A stretch of DNA of 64,000 nucleotides from Candidatus Marinacidobacterales bacterium. GTDB lineage: Bacteria; Acidobacteriota; Vicinamibacteria; Marinacidobacterales; DATDRI01. The notes under the pieces are model-generated. The model made no database searches. It saw only the letters and a program-made list of their open reading frames with translations, and was not told the DNA's origin. A program made the position numbers and the translations under genes. Below are positions 1 through 9,324 of the stretch, one piece after another. The number at the start of each line of letters is the position of its first letter. The stretch's first letter is position 1. Location of the stretch: assembly GCA_965226495.1 (NCBI GenBank), contig OZ245365.1, positions 288,001-352,000 of the forward strand, read 5' to 3'.

Positions 1-8
1 ACGAAGAG

Positions 9-398
9 ATGCGAAGCCTCCTGGATCGAACTCGGACGATTGCGGTGTTGGGGCTTTCCCCGAGTCCCGAACGCGCGAGTCATCGTATCGCGAAGTTCCT
101 CATCGACCGCGGCTATACGGTGTTCGGAGTAAGGCCAGATGTCGACGAGATACTTGGCCGACCCTGCTATCCCCGCCTTGCCGATGTCCCCCAGAAAATA
201 GATATGGTCGACGTGTTCCGGCGCCGGGACACTTTAGCCGGACATACCGAGGAGACCATCGCGGTTGGTGCAAGCTCGTTGTGGTTTCAACTCGGATTGG
301 TAGAAGAGGACTCCGCGCTAAGAGCTCAAGACGCCGGGATCGAGGTGGTGATGAATCGCTGCATCATGATCGAGCACGGACGACTGATCGGTACATGA
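9..398 (+). CDS. CoA-binding protein (YccU-like); true start may lie upstream of the window
   Basis: IAVLGLSPSPERAS, DMVDVFR, LWFQLG and VVMNRCIMIEH motifs; frame is open to the window edge. Confidence 0.85.
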   Translation: MRSLLDRTRTIAVLGLSPSPERASHRIAKFLIDRGYTVFGVRPDVDEILGRPCYPRLADVPQKIDMVDVFRRRDTLAGHTEETIAVGASSLWFQLGLVEEDSALRAQDAGIEVVMNRCIMIEHGRLIGT

Positions 399-587
399 AT
401 GTACCGATCAGTGTACGTCGAGAGCGGGGGTGGATCCCCACACCGTGGGCGCCTCGACGTCGAGGGGAATGTACTAAATGGCTGTTACGTAATATGTTAT
501 GGGGAGGGTAGATAGCGGCGTGGGTTTGTGCACGAATCTTGCTTATATCTGAATTATAGGATCGCATTGGGAGCGGAGGAGAATCCT

Positions 588-1166
588 GTGCATGCGCAAA
601 CGCCAACTGAGTATTTCCGAGAGCTCGTCGAAAACGCCATAGCCAGACAGAAGCTGACTTCGAGTGAAGTCTCTTCGTTTTACTTAGTGCAACTCCTTGA
701 TTCGTTTGTCCGGCCGGATCGCACCCTTGCCGACTCCGGCGTTGACTACGATCAGCCCCTCGCGCACCTTCTTTGCGAGGCCATTGCTAGTGCGGAAACC
801 CGTCGGTTCGCGCTCTTCAAAGCGACGGGGGACCTGTCGCTTTTCATCTCCGGATTCTTCTCGGACAGTTTGAGCCGCAAGCGAGTCGACTTCGACTACT
901 ACGTGAGTATGGGAGGCTATGCCTATCGGCGGGCGGCTAGCTTGAGCGCTCACCAAACCGCGGCCGATGTGTTCGAAGAACTTTCGGAGAAATTCGTCCG
1001 CTTCGTCGATGTTCTGACCGAGGTTAGCGAAGCCAGCTCACTTACCGACCACAAGAGTCTTCTTCGGCTCTATGAGAAGTGGCTTCGAACCGGGAGCGAG
1101 CGAACTGCCGCGCAACTGCGTGAGCACGGCGTCCTTCCCGCTCCGGGCTCCAAGCTCATTCAATAG
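588..1166 (+). CDS. Hypothetical protein (helical)
   Basis: GTG at 588 after GGAGGA; long ORF with GDLSLFISGFF, YYVSMG and LYEKWLRTGS; 9 bp from the next gene. Confidence 0.75.
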   Translation: MHAQTPTEYFRELVENAIARQKLTSSEVSSFYLVQLLDSFVRPDRTLADSGVDYDQPLAHLLCEAIASAETRRFALFKATGDLSLFISGFFSDSLSRKRVDFDYYVSMGGYAYRRAASLSAHQTAADVFEELSEKFVRFVDVLTEVSEASSLTDHKSLLRLYEKWLRTGSERTAAQLREHGVLPAPGSKLIQ

Positions 1167-1175
1167 GGCTGGCCG

Positions 1176-1826
1176 ATGCTAGCGACCCTCCTCTCCCAAA
1201 TTGATCGGATCTATGACTTGGAGCTCGAGGTCGAAATCGATGAGTTCATGATTAGCCGCGAGCTCTGTCAAAGCGTGGCTGGCAACCAGGCCGAGGGTAG
1301 TGCGGTCCTAGTGCGCCAAGGCGAAGAAGAGACGATCCAGTTGGGTGTTTATATAGGCGAAGATACTCTGACTCGGCTTCGCGACGTCGACCTCGCAACC
1401 GGTGTCGAGTCCGAACACGTTCCGGCGCTTTGCACTGCCATCGAAGAAGTCAGTCATTTCGCATATTTGATATGGAACGCCCATCGTGACAAGTCGGTCA
1501 CGCAACTGGAGCTAGAGCTTCAGGCAGAAGTAGACAAGTTCGTCACTTCGGCACTCCTGCTAGCTCGAAGAAACCGTGGCCTCATTCCCGCCGATCTCCT
1601 AGACCGCCTGTTCGGTGATTTCAATCTGCGTGACGGATTGGACGGGACGCGGCGCGAGCGCTACTTGACGGCCAGCTCCTTCGCACGTACTTATTGCTCC
1701 TTCCTGGTCCGACGTTTTCTTCGCGAGTCTCGTGTCGCAGACCTCCTTGCTGAGCTCCGTTACTTCTATCGGCTCACCCAGCGAGGTAAGATCGGGCACA
1801 TCTATCGGACCGCGTACGTCGCCTGA
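1176..1826 (+). CDS. Hypothetical protein with metallopeptidase-like EExSH...ELQAE motif
   Basis: 216-aa ORF in an operon with the upstream gene; IEEVSHF and ELELQAEVDKF. Confidence 0.7.
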   Translation: MLATLLSQIDRIYDLELEVEIDEFMISRELCQSVAGNQAEGSAVLVRQGEEETIQLGVYIGEDTLTRLRDVDLATGVESEHVPALCTAIEEVSHFAYLIWNAHRDKSVTQLELELQAEVDKFVTSALLLARRNRGLIPADLLDRLFGDFNLRDGLDGTRRERYLTASSFARTYCSFLVRRFLRESRVADLLAELRYFYRLTQRGKIGHIYRTAYVA

Positions 1827-1850
1827 GTCTCGTTCGAGGCGGGCTTCGAC

Positions 1851-2080
1851 CGGCTAGCTCCAAACTGGCTATGACCTCTTTTGGCGGCAAGCGGGACCTT
1901 CCCCCCCCACGGCTCGGGTCTTGTCGCCGGGCATCTTTCAGTGCTCGCTCACTCCTTCATGAATGGCGCGGGGCCCCACCCCCACGCCTCATGCTACGTC
2001 GACTCGCGACTTCGCATGGGCTCACGGCTGCGTTCGGCCGCTGTCCTCCGGTCGCAGGCTCTCGCTGCGGCCGGCGGCCG
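1851..2080 (+). repeat. Dispersed intergenic repeat element, copy 1
   Basis: 1948-2080 is nearly identical to the reverse complement of ~13945-14080; weaker similarity extends upstream. Confidence 0.85.
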
Positions 2081-2104
2081 GCTAACTAGATTTCCCGGCG
2101 AGAG

Positions 2105-3016
2105 ATGTTTCCCTTCCCACTGATTTACAGCGAGGACTACATCGTCGATCTGGGTGATCATGTTTTCCCGGCCATCAAGTACCGCCTCGTCAGGGAGCGC
2201 CTGCTTTCGGAGGAAACTGCATCGGTCGGCGATTTCATAGAGCCACCCCCCATTCAAGACGTCGATGTCCTGCGTGCTCACACCCGTGAGTATCTGGAAA
2301 AGATCAAGACAGACACGTTGAGCCACGAAGAGGTGGCGAGACTCGAGCTCCCCTTTTCAGAAGGCCTTGTCAGGGGCGTCTGGTCGTCGACGGGAGGAAC
2401 GCTCCTCGCTTGTGAGCGCGCACTCGAGAAGAGAGTTGCAATAAACCTTTCCGGAGGCTACCACCACGCGTTCGCCGACCATGGGGAAGGTTTCTGTCTG
2501 TTGAACGATGTCGCCATCTCCGTGGCCTCGATGCACGCGCAAAAAAGGATATTGCGTTCCGCGATCGTGGACTTGGACGTTCACCAGGGAAATGGCACCG
2601 CGGCTATCTTCTCTGATTGGCCAGAGGTCTTTACGTTCAGCATGCATCAAGAAGACAATTACCCTTTTGTAAAGCCGCCATCCGATCTCGATATCGGACT
2701 CCCAGACGGAGCCGGCGGGGGCGTGTACTTGGAGGCGCTAGGCAAGCATCTGCCCGCCATTTTGAAAACACACTGCCCTGACTTGATAGTCTATTTGGCG
2801 GGCGCTGATCCTTACCACCAGGATCGCCTTGGCGGATTGGGCTTGACCTTGGAAGACTTAGCCGAAAGAGACAGGATGGTACTCGCTGAGTCGTTCAGGC
2901 ATTCGATTCCGGTAGCCGTCGTGCTCGCCGGTGGATACGCCCAAGATACTCGCGATACTGTCCGTATCCATGTCGGGACGGTAGAAGCCGCTCTCCGACT
3001 CTCTAAATCAAACTGA
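2105..3016 (+). CDS. Histone deacetylase family protein
   Basis: HVFP, GGYHHA, GFC, DLDVHQGNGT, GADP and LAGGY motifs. Confidence 0.95.
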   Translation: MFPFPLIYSEDYIVDLGDHVFPAIKYRLVRERLLSEETASVGDFIEPPPIQDVDVLRAHTREYLEKIKTDTLSHEEVARLELPFSEGLVRGVWSSTGGTLLACERALEKRVAINLSGGYHHAFADHGEGFCLLNDVAISVASMHAQKRILRSAIVDLDVHQGNGTAAIFSDWPEVFTFSMHQEDNYPFVKPPSDLDIGLPDGAGGGVYLEALGKHLPAILKTHCPDLIVYLAGADPYHQDRLGGLGLTLEDLAERDRMVLAESFRHSIPVAVVLAGGYAQDTRDTVRIHVGTVEAALRLSKSN

Positions 3017-4226
3017 GATGGAGCCGCTCGACTTCGTGGATGTTGGAGGCGAGGTCTCGATAGTTTTTCTTGTGAGTGGTATCGGAGGTGAGTATTCGGC
3101 GAAGCCCCTTCGCGACCGGATTCCCGTTGACGTGCTCGAAACGGAATCGAGTCAACCGAGAAAAGTAGCGAGACAGCGCCGTGGGCTCGAAGTAGACGTC
3201 TCCGCACAGAAAGATGCGATCGGAGAAAAGGTCGCTCGCGATCTCGCCTCGACCCGCCCCTTTCAGCTGGGCGAAACAGCCAAAGATAACTTTCTCGATC
3301 ACGAACAAAAGGTTCTTGAGTTGGATGTCGATGGCGCGACTGATGGTCTCGTCTTCCACGACGTACTCGATGAGCCCCCGCTCGCTGAAGCTTCTGAGGT
3401 TGGACGGCGGGGAAACTTCAGGGAGAACCTCGCCCGCCGGTTCGAGCACCGTGGGCATGCCGTCAACGGTATTCGTCACGACTTCCGGGGTTACAGGCGC
3501 TTTCGCCCGGGAGTCGTTCACCTGTCGATCGAAGAAACTCTTTGACAGTGTCCGCACCACCTGGTGAAATGTGTTGAACCCGAATGTAGTACCTAGTCGA
3601 AATTGAAGGTTTTCTTGCACGTCCCGAACCAACTGGTCCCAACTCCCGTCGCGCACCACCAAGCTTTGGAGGTTCCCATCCACGAAAACGCCGGACGCGA
3701 CACGAGTGCTGCCGACATGCACGACCATCCGAGCTCGGTGGGAATCGTCGTCGTGCCTCAAGACCGGCAGGCCCGCTCCTAACGCCGCGGCCAGAATTTC
3801 TGGTACTAGGATGATGTCCTTGGAGCGAATGCTGTGGTCGAGACAGCTCCGGATGTTCAATTGGGATTGAAGGCTGGCCGCGGTGGGGACCGTGGCCCAC
3901 AAGCGCCGCCGAGCCCAACTCGATGTCGGGGGCACGACGATTTCGAGATAGCCGCTCAATACGAGCGGATCCTCGATACGCCCCGGGAAGACGCTTACGA
4001 TGTCGTTGGACTTACCAACCAGGCGAAAAGCTCGCTGCCCAACCGCACGAATCTCCCGACCGCTGACTTGAGCCAGGGCGGGAGTTCGTTGTTCCTCTAC
4101 GTCGCCGCGGCGTCGCGCCTGGAGTACCACGCACTCGCGAGAGTCGAGAGCGAGACCTATTTCCTGATAATTGAACACGGTTTTTTTCGGGTTCGGTGCT
4201 TGATTGAGTGTCTCTTTAAGTATCAC
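3003..4226 (-). CDS. Divergent MreB/Mbl-like actin-fold protein
   Basis: ATVPTAAS...LVPEILAAALGAGLPV..MVVHVG..IFLCGD..PVAKG follow MreB motif order, but the nucleotide-binding motifs are degenerate. Confidence 0.7.
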   Translation of the reverse strand: MILKETLNQAPNPKKTVFNYQEIGLALDSRECVVLQARRRGDVEEQRTPALAQVSGREIRAVGQRAFRLVGKSNDIVSVFPGRIEDPLVLSGYLEIVVPPTSSWARRRLWATVPTAASLQSQLNIRSCLDHSIRSKDIILVPEILAAALGAGLPVLRHDDDSHRARMVVHVGSTRVASGVFVDGNLQSLVVRDGSWDQLVRDVQENLQFRLGTTFGFNTFHQVVRTLSKSFFDRQVNDSRAKAPVTPEVVTNTVDGMPTVLEPAGEVLPEVSPPSNLRSFSERGLIEYVVEDETISRAIDIQLKNLLFVIEKVIFGCFAQLKGAGRGEIASDLFSDRIFLCGDVYFEPTALSRYFSRLTRFRFEHVNGNPVAKGLRRILTSDTTHKKNYRDLASNIHEVERLHLSLI

Positions 4227-4306
4227 ATTAGCTTGCCAGTGTCAAAAGCGCGCCCCGTCATGCGCTCGGCAGACGGAGAGGACCGACGTGCTATACTCCC
4301 TCAGGG

Positions 4307-5140
4307 ATGAAGCGGGACGAGTGGGCCGTTCTGGTCGAGCGGCGTGTCCTTTCCGCCGACGCCTACCTCCTGTTTTTCGAAGCACCAACTCTTCCATCGA
4401 CATCCTTGCCGGGACAGTTCACGATGGTGCGCACACCTGGCGAAGGGTTACTCCTGCGTCGCCCGTACTCCATTTGTTCCGTAGAGCCCGAGACGCACCG
4501 GTTCAGTCTCCTGGTAAAGGTGGTTGGGCAAGGAACAGGTGCGTTGGCGGAGCTTCCCTTGGGCGGCGGGGTTCACTGTCTGGGACCATTAGGAACATCG
4601 TTCGAGCGACCATCCGCCGGCGCTCGTGCCGTCGTCGTTGCCGGGGGAGTTGGCATCGCACCCTTCCTCTACTTCTGTGAGAGCTTGGCGCAGAATGGCA
4701 TGATGGCTCGTGTGCTGCTGGGCGGGCGTCAAGCTCGTGACCTTTACTTGAAAGACGAATTTGTCGAACTAGGCATGGAAGTCGTCTGCTCCACCGAAGA
4801 TGGAAGCGATGGCCACCGCGGCGTCGTCACGGATCTGCTCCTGGACGCGCTGGAGGGACCCCGGCCGGTGCAACTCTATTCCTGCGGCCCTTCGGGCATG
4901 CTACGGCGCGTCGCAGAAATGGCGGCCGACAGGAATGTTCCTCACCAGGTTTCCATCGAGCGACGTATGGGTTGTGGTATGGGTTGCTGCCTAGGGTGTG
5001 TCGTGTTCGTCAGCGGTGCCATCAAGCAGGACGGCAAGCAGGACGGCAACGGTGAGGGGAACTATCATCGTGCCTGCACGGAAGGTCCAGTGTTCGACGC
5101 TGATCGAATCCATTGGGACAGAGACCAGCACCCGTTATGA
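4307..5140 (+). CDS. pyrK: Dihydroorotate dehydrogenase electron transfer subunit
   Basis: RRPYS, GPLG, AGGVGIAP, CGP, ERRMGCGMGCCLGC and CTEGPVF. Confidence 0.95.
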   Translation: MKRDEWAVLVERRVLSADAYLLFFEAPTLPSTSLPGQFTMVRTPGEGLLLRRPYSICSVEPETHRFSLLVKVVGQGTGALAELPLGGGVHCLGPLGTSFERPSAGARAVVVAGGVGIAPFLYFCESLAQNGMMARVLLGGRQARDLYLKDEFVELGMEVVCSTEDGSDGHRGVVTDLLLDALEGPRPVQLYSCGPSGMLRRVAEMAADRNVPHQVSIERRMGCGMGCCLGCVVFVSGAIKQDGKQDGNGEGNYHRACTEGPVFDADRIHWDRDQHPL

Positions 5141-6084
5141 CTGAAGTGCGTCCGAGTCTCTCCGTCGAGATCGCGGGGCTCACGCTCGCCTCGCCACTCA
5201 TCGCCGCCAGCGGCACCTTCGGCTACGGTACCGAGTATCTTGATGTCGCCGACTACTCGGCGATCGGTGCCATTGCGGTCAAGGGTCTCTACCTGAACCC
5301 GAGGCCCGGCTGTCCTCCGCCTCGCATCTGGGAGACGCCGTCCGGCATGCTGAACGCCATCGGATTGCAGGAGATCGGCGTCACGCGATTCATAGAGGAG
5401 AAACTACCCGGGCTCCGTGAACTCGGTCCCGCTATCCTCGTCAATATTTGCGGAAGCACCGTCGAGGAGTACGGCGAGTTGGCTCGAGTTCTGAGCGATG
5501 TGGAGGGTGTTGCTGGACTCGAGATCAACATCTCCTGCCCCAATGTGAACGAAGGGGGAATCCTCTTTGGGTGCGATCCGGATCTTGCTGCGAGGGTCAC
5601 GGAGCTCGTGCGTTCCAATACGTCCCTGCCGGTGATTCCGAAACTGAGCCCCAACGTAACGGATATCGCGGCCATCGCCCGCCGCGTGGAATCCGCGGGT
5701 GCGGATGCTTTGTCTCTCATCAATACGATCCCGGCCATGGCCATCGACGTCGAGACGCGTCGGCCAAGGTTGGCCAACGTGGTGGGTGGGCTCTCCGGCC
5801 CTGCCATTCGGCCGATCGCTGTCCGCCTGGTCTATCAGACCGCGCAGGCGGTCAAGATTCCAGTCATCGGGATCGGCGGGATTGCCACTGCGCAGGATGC
5901 CCTGGAGTTCATTATCGCAGGTGCTCAGGCGGTACAGATCGGTACGATGAACTTTGTCGATCCCTCCGTATGGTCGCGCACTCGAGCCGGGCTCGAGGAC
6001 TACTGCGGTCGTCATGGTCTTGCCTCAATTGCGGAACTCTCGGGAAGCCTTCATGTCGAGGGAGTGGTACCGTCGGGCTGGTGA
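5137..6084 (+). CDS. pyrD: Dihydroorotate dehydrogenase B catalytic subunit
   Basis: ASGTFGYG, NAIGLQ, EINISCPN, KLSPN and GGLSG; ATGA overlap with pyrK. Confidence 0.95.
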   Translation: MTEVRPSLSVEIAGLTLASPLIAASGTFGYGTEYLDVADYSAIGAIAVKGLYLNPRPGCPPPRIWETPSGMLNAIGLQEIGVTRFIEEKLPGLRELGPAILVNICGSTVEEYGELARVLSDVEGVAGLEINISCPNVNEGGILFGCDPDLAARVTELVRSNTSLPVIPKLSPNVTDIAAIARRVESAGADALSLINTIPAMAIDVETRRPRLANVVGGLSGPAIRPIAVRLVYQTAQAVKIPVIGIGGIATAQDALEFIIAGAQAVQIGTMNFVDPSVWSRTRAGLEDYCGRHGLASIAELSGSLHVEGVVPSGW

Positions 6085-6788
6085 TGTCGCCACCATCATT
6101 AATCGTCGCTCTGGATTATCCCGCTCCTCGACTGGCACTCGAGCTTCGAGAGCAATTGGCAGGGGTTGTCGATTTCTTCAAAGTGGGGAGCGAGCTGTTC
6201 ACCGCCGCCGGACCCGAAGTGGTCGAAGCGCTGCGGCGGGCCGACTCGCGCGTCTTCCTGGATTTGAAATTCCATGACATACCCAACACAGTCAGCCGGG
6301 CGATAGCCGCCGCCGCGGAGCTAGGAGTCAGTCTCGTCGACGTCCACGCCTCGGGAGGCGAAGCGATGCTCAAAGCAGCGATGGACTCGGCATGCAATGC
6401 CGGCGCTAGTCGTCCGCTCGTATTCGGCATCACAGTTCTCACGCACCTCGCCGACGAGGATCTACCGACACTAGGTGTGAAGGCGGCTAGTCGCGAGCAA
6501 GCGGTTCGCTTGGCGCGGCTCGCTCACCGCTGCGGTTTGGATGGCGTCGTTGCGGCTGCTGCGGAAGTGTCTGACATACGCGAGGCCACTGCTAACCAGC
6601 TGGAAGTGCTGGTCCCCGGAGTCCGGCCAACATGGGCGAGTCAGACCCACGATCAAACCAGGGTCGCGACGCCCGCCGATGCGGCTCGGGCGGGAGCTCG
6701 TTATATCGTGGTAGGGAGGGCGATCACCGGCCAGCCGGATCCCCGAGCCGCAGCCCTGCGAATCTTGGAAGAGATCGAATCGGCCTGA
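6084..6788 (+). CDS. pyrF: Orotidine-5'-phosphate decarboxylase
   Basis: IVALD, FLDLKFHDIPNTV, PGVR and VVGRAIT; TGATG overlap with pyrD. Confidence 0.95.
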   Translation: MSPPSLIVALDYPAPRLALELREQLAGVVDFFKVGSELFTAAGPEVVEALRRADSRVFLDLKFHDIPNTVSRAIAAAAELGVSLVDVHASGGEAMLKAAMDSACNAGASRPLVFGITVLTHLADEDLPTLGVKAASREQAVRLARLAHRCGLDGVVAAAAEVSDIREATANQLEVLVPGVRPTWASQTHDQTRVATPADAARAGARYIVVGRAITGQPDPRAAALRILEEIESA

Positions 6789-6795
6789 TTCCTTC

Positions 6796-7086
6796 ATGGG
6801 GACTCGAAGGCCGGGACGAAAAGCGGCGTCGATCGAATTGGTGCTCTATAGCCGGCCGGCGTGTCACTTGTGCGATGAAATGAAGGAGCTGATAGCCCAA
6901 GTGCTCGGAGATTTCGAGGCGAGCCTCCGGGAGGTCGATATATCCACAGACCCCGATCTCGAGGCCGATTATGGCGAGCAGATACCGGTACTCTTAGTTG
7001 ACGGCAAGAAAGCCTTCAAGTTTCGCACCACGCGGGCCGCCTTGCGGGAGCGACTTCAGAGAGCAAGAGACCCCGGAGCCTGCTAA
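6796..7086 (+). CDS. Glutaredoxin-like protein (DUF836 type)
   Basis: LYSRPACHLCD and YGEQIPVL. Confidence 0.85.
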   Translation: MGTRRPGRKAASIELVLYSRPACHLCDEMKELIAQVLGDFEASLREVDISTDPDLEADYGEQIPVLLVDGKKAFKFRTTRAALRERLQRARDPGAC

Positions 7087-7096
7087 CTCCGGGGTC
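7069..7096. terminator. GC-rich hairpin between convergent genes
   Basis: GACCCCGGAG-N8-CTCCGGGGTC, 10-bp stem; no U tract. Confidence 0.4.
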
Positions 7097-7118
7097 CCCC
7101 AATGGCCCCAATCGAGGT

Positions 7119-7670
7119 TTACTTGGACGCGATCCGAAGATGGGCTCGGCGGTTCTTTTGCCAGCACGCCTCGTTATGGTCGCTGCAGGCCTGCCGATCC
7201 TTCCCGTAGCTGATCGTGCGGAGTCGGTTGGCCGGCACACCAAGTGAGACGAGGTAGTCCATCGCGGACTTGGCTCTACGTTCCCCGAGCGCCAAGTTGT
7301 ACTCCACCGTCCCGCGTTCATCGCAGTGTCCTTCGACCTCGATGACCGCGGTGTTGTAGCTCAGCTTCAACCAGTCGGCGCTTTTGGCCATGGCATCCCT
7401 CGCCTCGGGCTGCAGATCCGACCGGTCATAGTCGAAATGGGCGTCGGACAGGTTCTTTTGGAGCTCGATGGCCGTCGCCTCAACAAAGAGATCCTCCGCC
7501 GTCGGTTGCTTCCGCGGTGGTGGTGGCGGTGGTGGCGGCGGCGGTGGTGGCTCCTCCTTTGGTGGAGGCGGTGGCGGCGGGGGTGGATTCTTTCCGCAAC
7601 CCACAAGATCGGTCGCTAGGACGACGACAAATACGAACAGTCCTAGCGAGGCTATCCATCGTTTCTTCAC
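7119..7670 (-). CDS. pal: Peptidoglycan-associated lipoprotein (OmpA-like domain)
   Basis: LVGC lipobox, poly-Pro linker, HFDYD, EGHCDERGTVEYNLALGERRA and SYGK...NRR. Confidence 0.9.
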   Translation of the reverse strand: MKKRWIASLGLFVFVVVLATDLVGCGKNPPPPPPPPPKEEPPPPPPPPPPPPRKQPTAEDLFVEATAIELQKNLSDAHFDYDRSDLQPEARDAMAKSADWLKLSYNTAVIEVEGHCDERGTVEYNLALGERRAKSAMDYLVSLGVPANRLRTISYGKDRQACSDHNEACWQKNRRAHLRIASK

Positions 7671-7852
7671 GAAGTCACCTCCTACGCGTTATGATAGGTA
7701 GAATTCAGATGGTTCCTCGTGACACCGGTCACAGTCGGTTCGCGTACTGGGGCTCTAGCCCAGGGCTGTTTTCCATATGGAGTCACGAGACTAGTAAAGT
7801 ACCCGAAATCGGCGAGTTAGTCTAAACGCCAGAGCGTGAATTTGTCAAGATC

Positions 7853-8452
7853 ATGGCAAAAAAACAGCCAGAAAAAATCAGGAAGAAGATACTAACCAAG
7901 GAAGTCCTTGCCTTCGTGTTGGTCGTTTTGGCGGTCACCGGGTACCTGCTTTATCAGGGGGCCACGAAACCGCCTGCTACCGCTGGGCCCACCGCTGCAC
8001 CGGCGGCGCCGAACCAAGGCCTCGTCGCCGGGAACATGCTTCCCGTGGTTCCTCTTATCTCGCTCGATGGAGAGCAGCTGGAGCTTCGTTCTCCGGAGGG
8101 CAAGCAACCCAGCCTCGTATTCATATTCTCGCCCACTTGTTCGGTTTGCCACGCGACGCTTCCGATCTGGAAAGAGATGTACCAGCAAGCGAAGGCGCAG
8201 GCCATCGAAGTCGTGGGGCTGTCCGTCATGGAGCCTGCAACCACTGCTCAATACGTGCAGACCAACGAGGTTCCATGGAACGTCTACTGTCTCGCCGGGC
8301 GCGCCGCTATCCGCACGCTAGGCATCGAGAGGGTGCCTTATACTCTCGTGCTCGAAGGCACCGGGGAGATCTCCCTTGCGACGGGGGGACAGTTGACGGC
8401 CGAGCAGCAGCAGGCAATCGTCGACGCACTCCAAGCAGGCTCCCAGAGCTAG
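7853..8452 (+). CDS. Membrane-anchored TlpA/redoxin family protein
   Basis: N-terminal TM helix, FSPTCSVC and cis-Pro RVPYT. Confidence 0.8.
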   Translation: MAKKQPEKIRKKILTKEVLAFVLVVLAVTGYLLYQGATKPPATAGPTAAPAAPNQGLVAGNMLPVVPLISLDGEQLELRSPEGKQPSLVFIFSPTCSVCHATLPIWKEMYQQAKAQAIEVVGLSVMEPATTAQYVQTNEVPWNVYCLAGRAAIRTLGIERVPYTLVLEGTGEISLATGGQLTAEQQQAIVDALQAGSQS

Positions 8453-8535
8453 CCCGCCTCCGATATCGTCGACCGGGCCTCTATTTCCCGGGGGGGCGCT
8501 CGCAAACGGTTGGAGCGCAGCTCGACGTCTCTTCA

Positions 8536-9306
8536 TTAATCTTGATTGAGGCTCCATATGATCTGTAGGCCGTCGAGTGTCAGCCAGGGAGCCAGGATTT
8601 CGATCACTGTGGTCTCCGCAGCGATCAGGCCGACCAAATCACCGGTGCCGATAACTTTCGTATTTTGACCGAGCTCATTCTTGAATCGTTTCACCATGCC
8701 TTCTACCAATCCCACGTACCCAAAGATCATCCCAGATTGTACGGCCTCGACGGTGTTGCGCCCGATAGCGGCGGTTGGTCTGGCCAGCTCAACGCGCGGA
8801 AGTTTGGCTGCCCTATGGAAGAGCGCATCTGCGGCGATGTCCAGACCCGGGGCGATCGCGCCTCCTAGGTACTCACCTTCCGATGAGATGGCATCGAACG
8901 TTGTTGCGGTTCCGAAGTCAACAACGCACGCCGGAATGCGGTAGAGGTGTTGGACGGCGACGGCGTCCGCCACTCGATCCGCACCCAGAGCGTTCTTGGG
9001 ATCCTCATATCGAATATTGAGGCCCGTTTTTACCCCCGCGTCGACAACGAGTGGTACCTGGCCGATGTAGCTCTGGCAAGCGCTCACCAGAGTCCCCGTC
9101 AACGGTGGGAGGACCGAGGCCAGCACACAGCCATCGATCTGGTCGGCTTGACAGTCGGCACGTTCGAACAACCCGAGCATCTGCAGGCCGTACTCGTCCG
9201 GCATGCGGCCTCGGACAGTCTCCAGCCGCCAAGCGTGCTTGCGCTCCCGACCCTCATAGAGACCGAGAGTGATGTTTGTATTTCCGATGTCAATCGTCAG
9301 AAGCAT
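8536..9306 (-). CDS. coaX: Type III pantothenate kinase
   Basis: IDIGNTN, LGADR, VDFGTATT and YLGGAIAPG. Confidence 0.95.
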   Translation of the reverse strand: MLLTIDIGNTNITLGLYEGRERKHAWRLETVRGRMPDEYGLQMLGLFERADCQADQIDGCVLASVLPPLTGTLVSACQSYIGQVPLVVDAGVKTGLNIRYEDPKNALGADRVADAVAVQHLYRIPACVVDFGTATTFDAISSEGEYLGGAIAPGLDIAADALFHRAAKLPRVELARPTAAIGRNTVEAVQSGMIFGYVGLVEGMVKRFKNELGQNTKVIGTGDLVGLIAAETTVIEILAPWLTLDGLQIIWSLNQD

Positions 9307-9324
9307 GTTCCTTAGATTCTCTCT

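Noticed and set aside
528-543. Sigma54 promoter GTGCACGAATCTTGCT
   Set aside because: The invariant GG at -24 reads TG
1871-2123. Short ORFs resembling 13902-14087
   Set aside because: The similarity comes from the DNA repeat, not from a supported protein family
5023-5049. 12-bp tandem duplication in pyrK (KQDGKQDG)
   Set aside because: In-frame duplication in a variable loop; likely neutral
5448-6083. Long N-terminal extension of PyrF
   Set aside because: Overlaps pyrD out of frame; the ATG at 6084 is coupled to the pyrD stop
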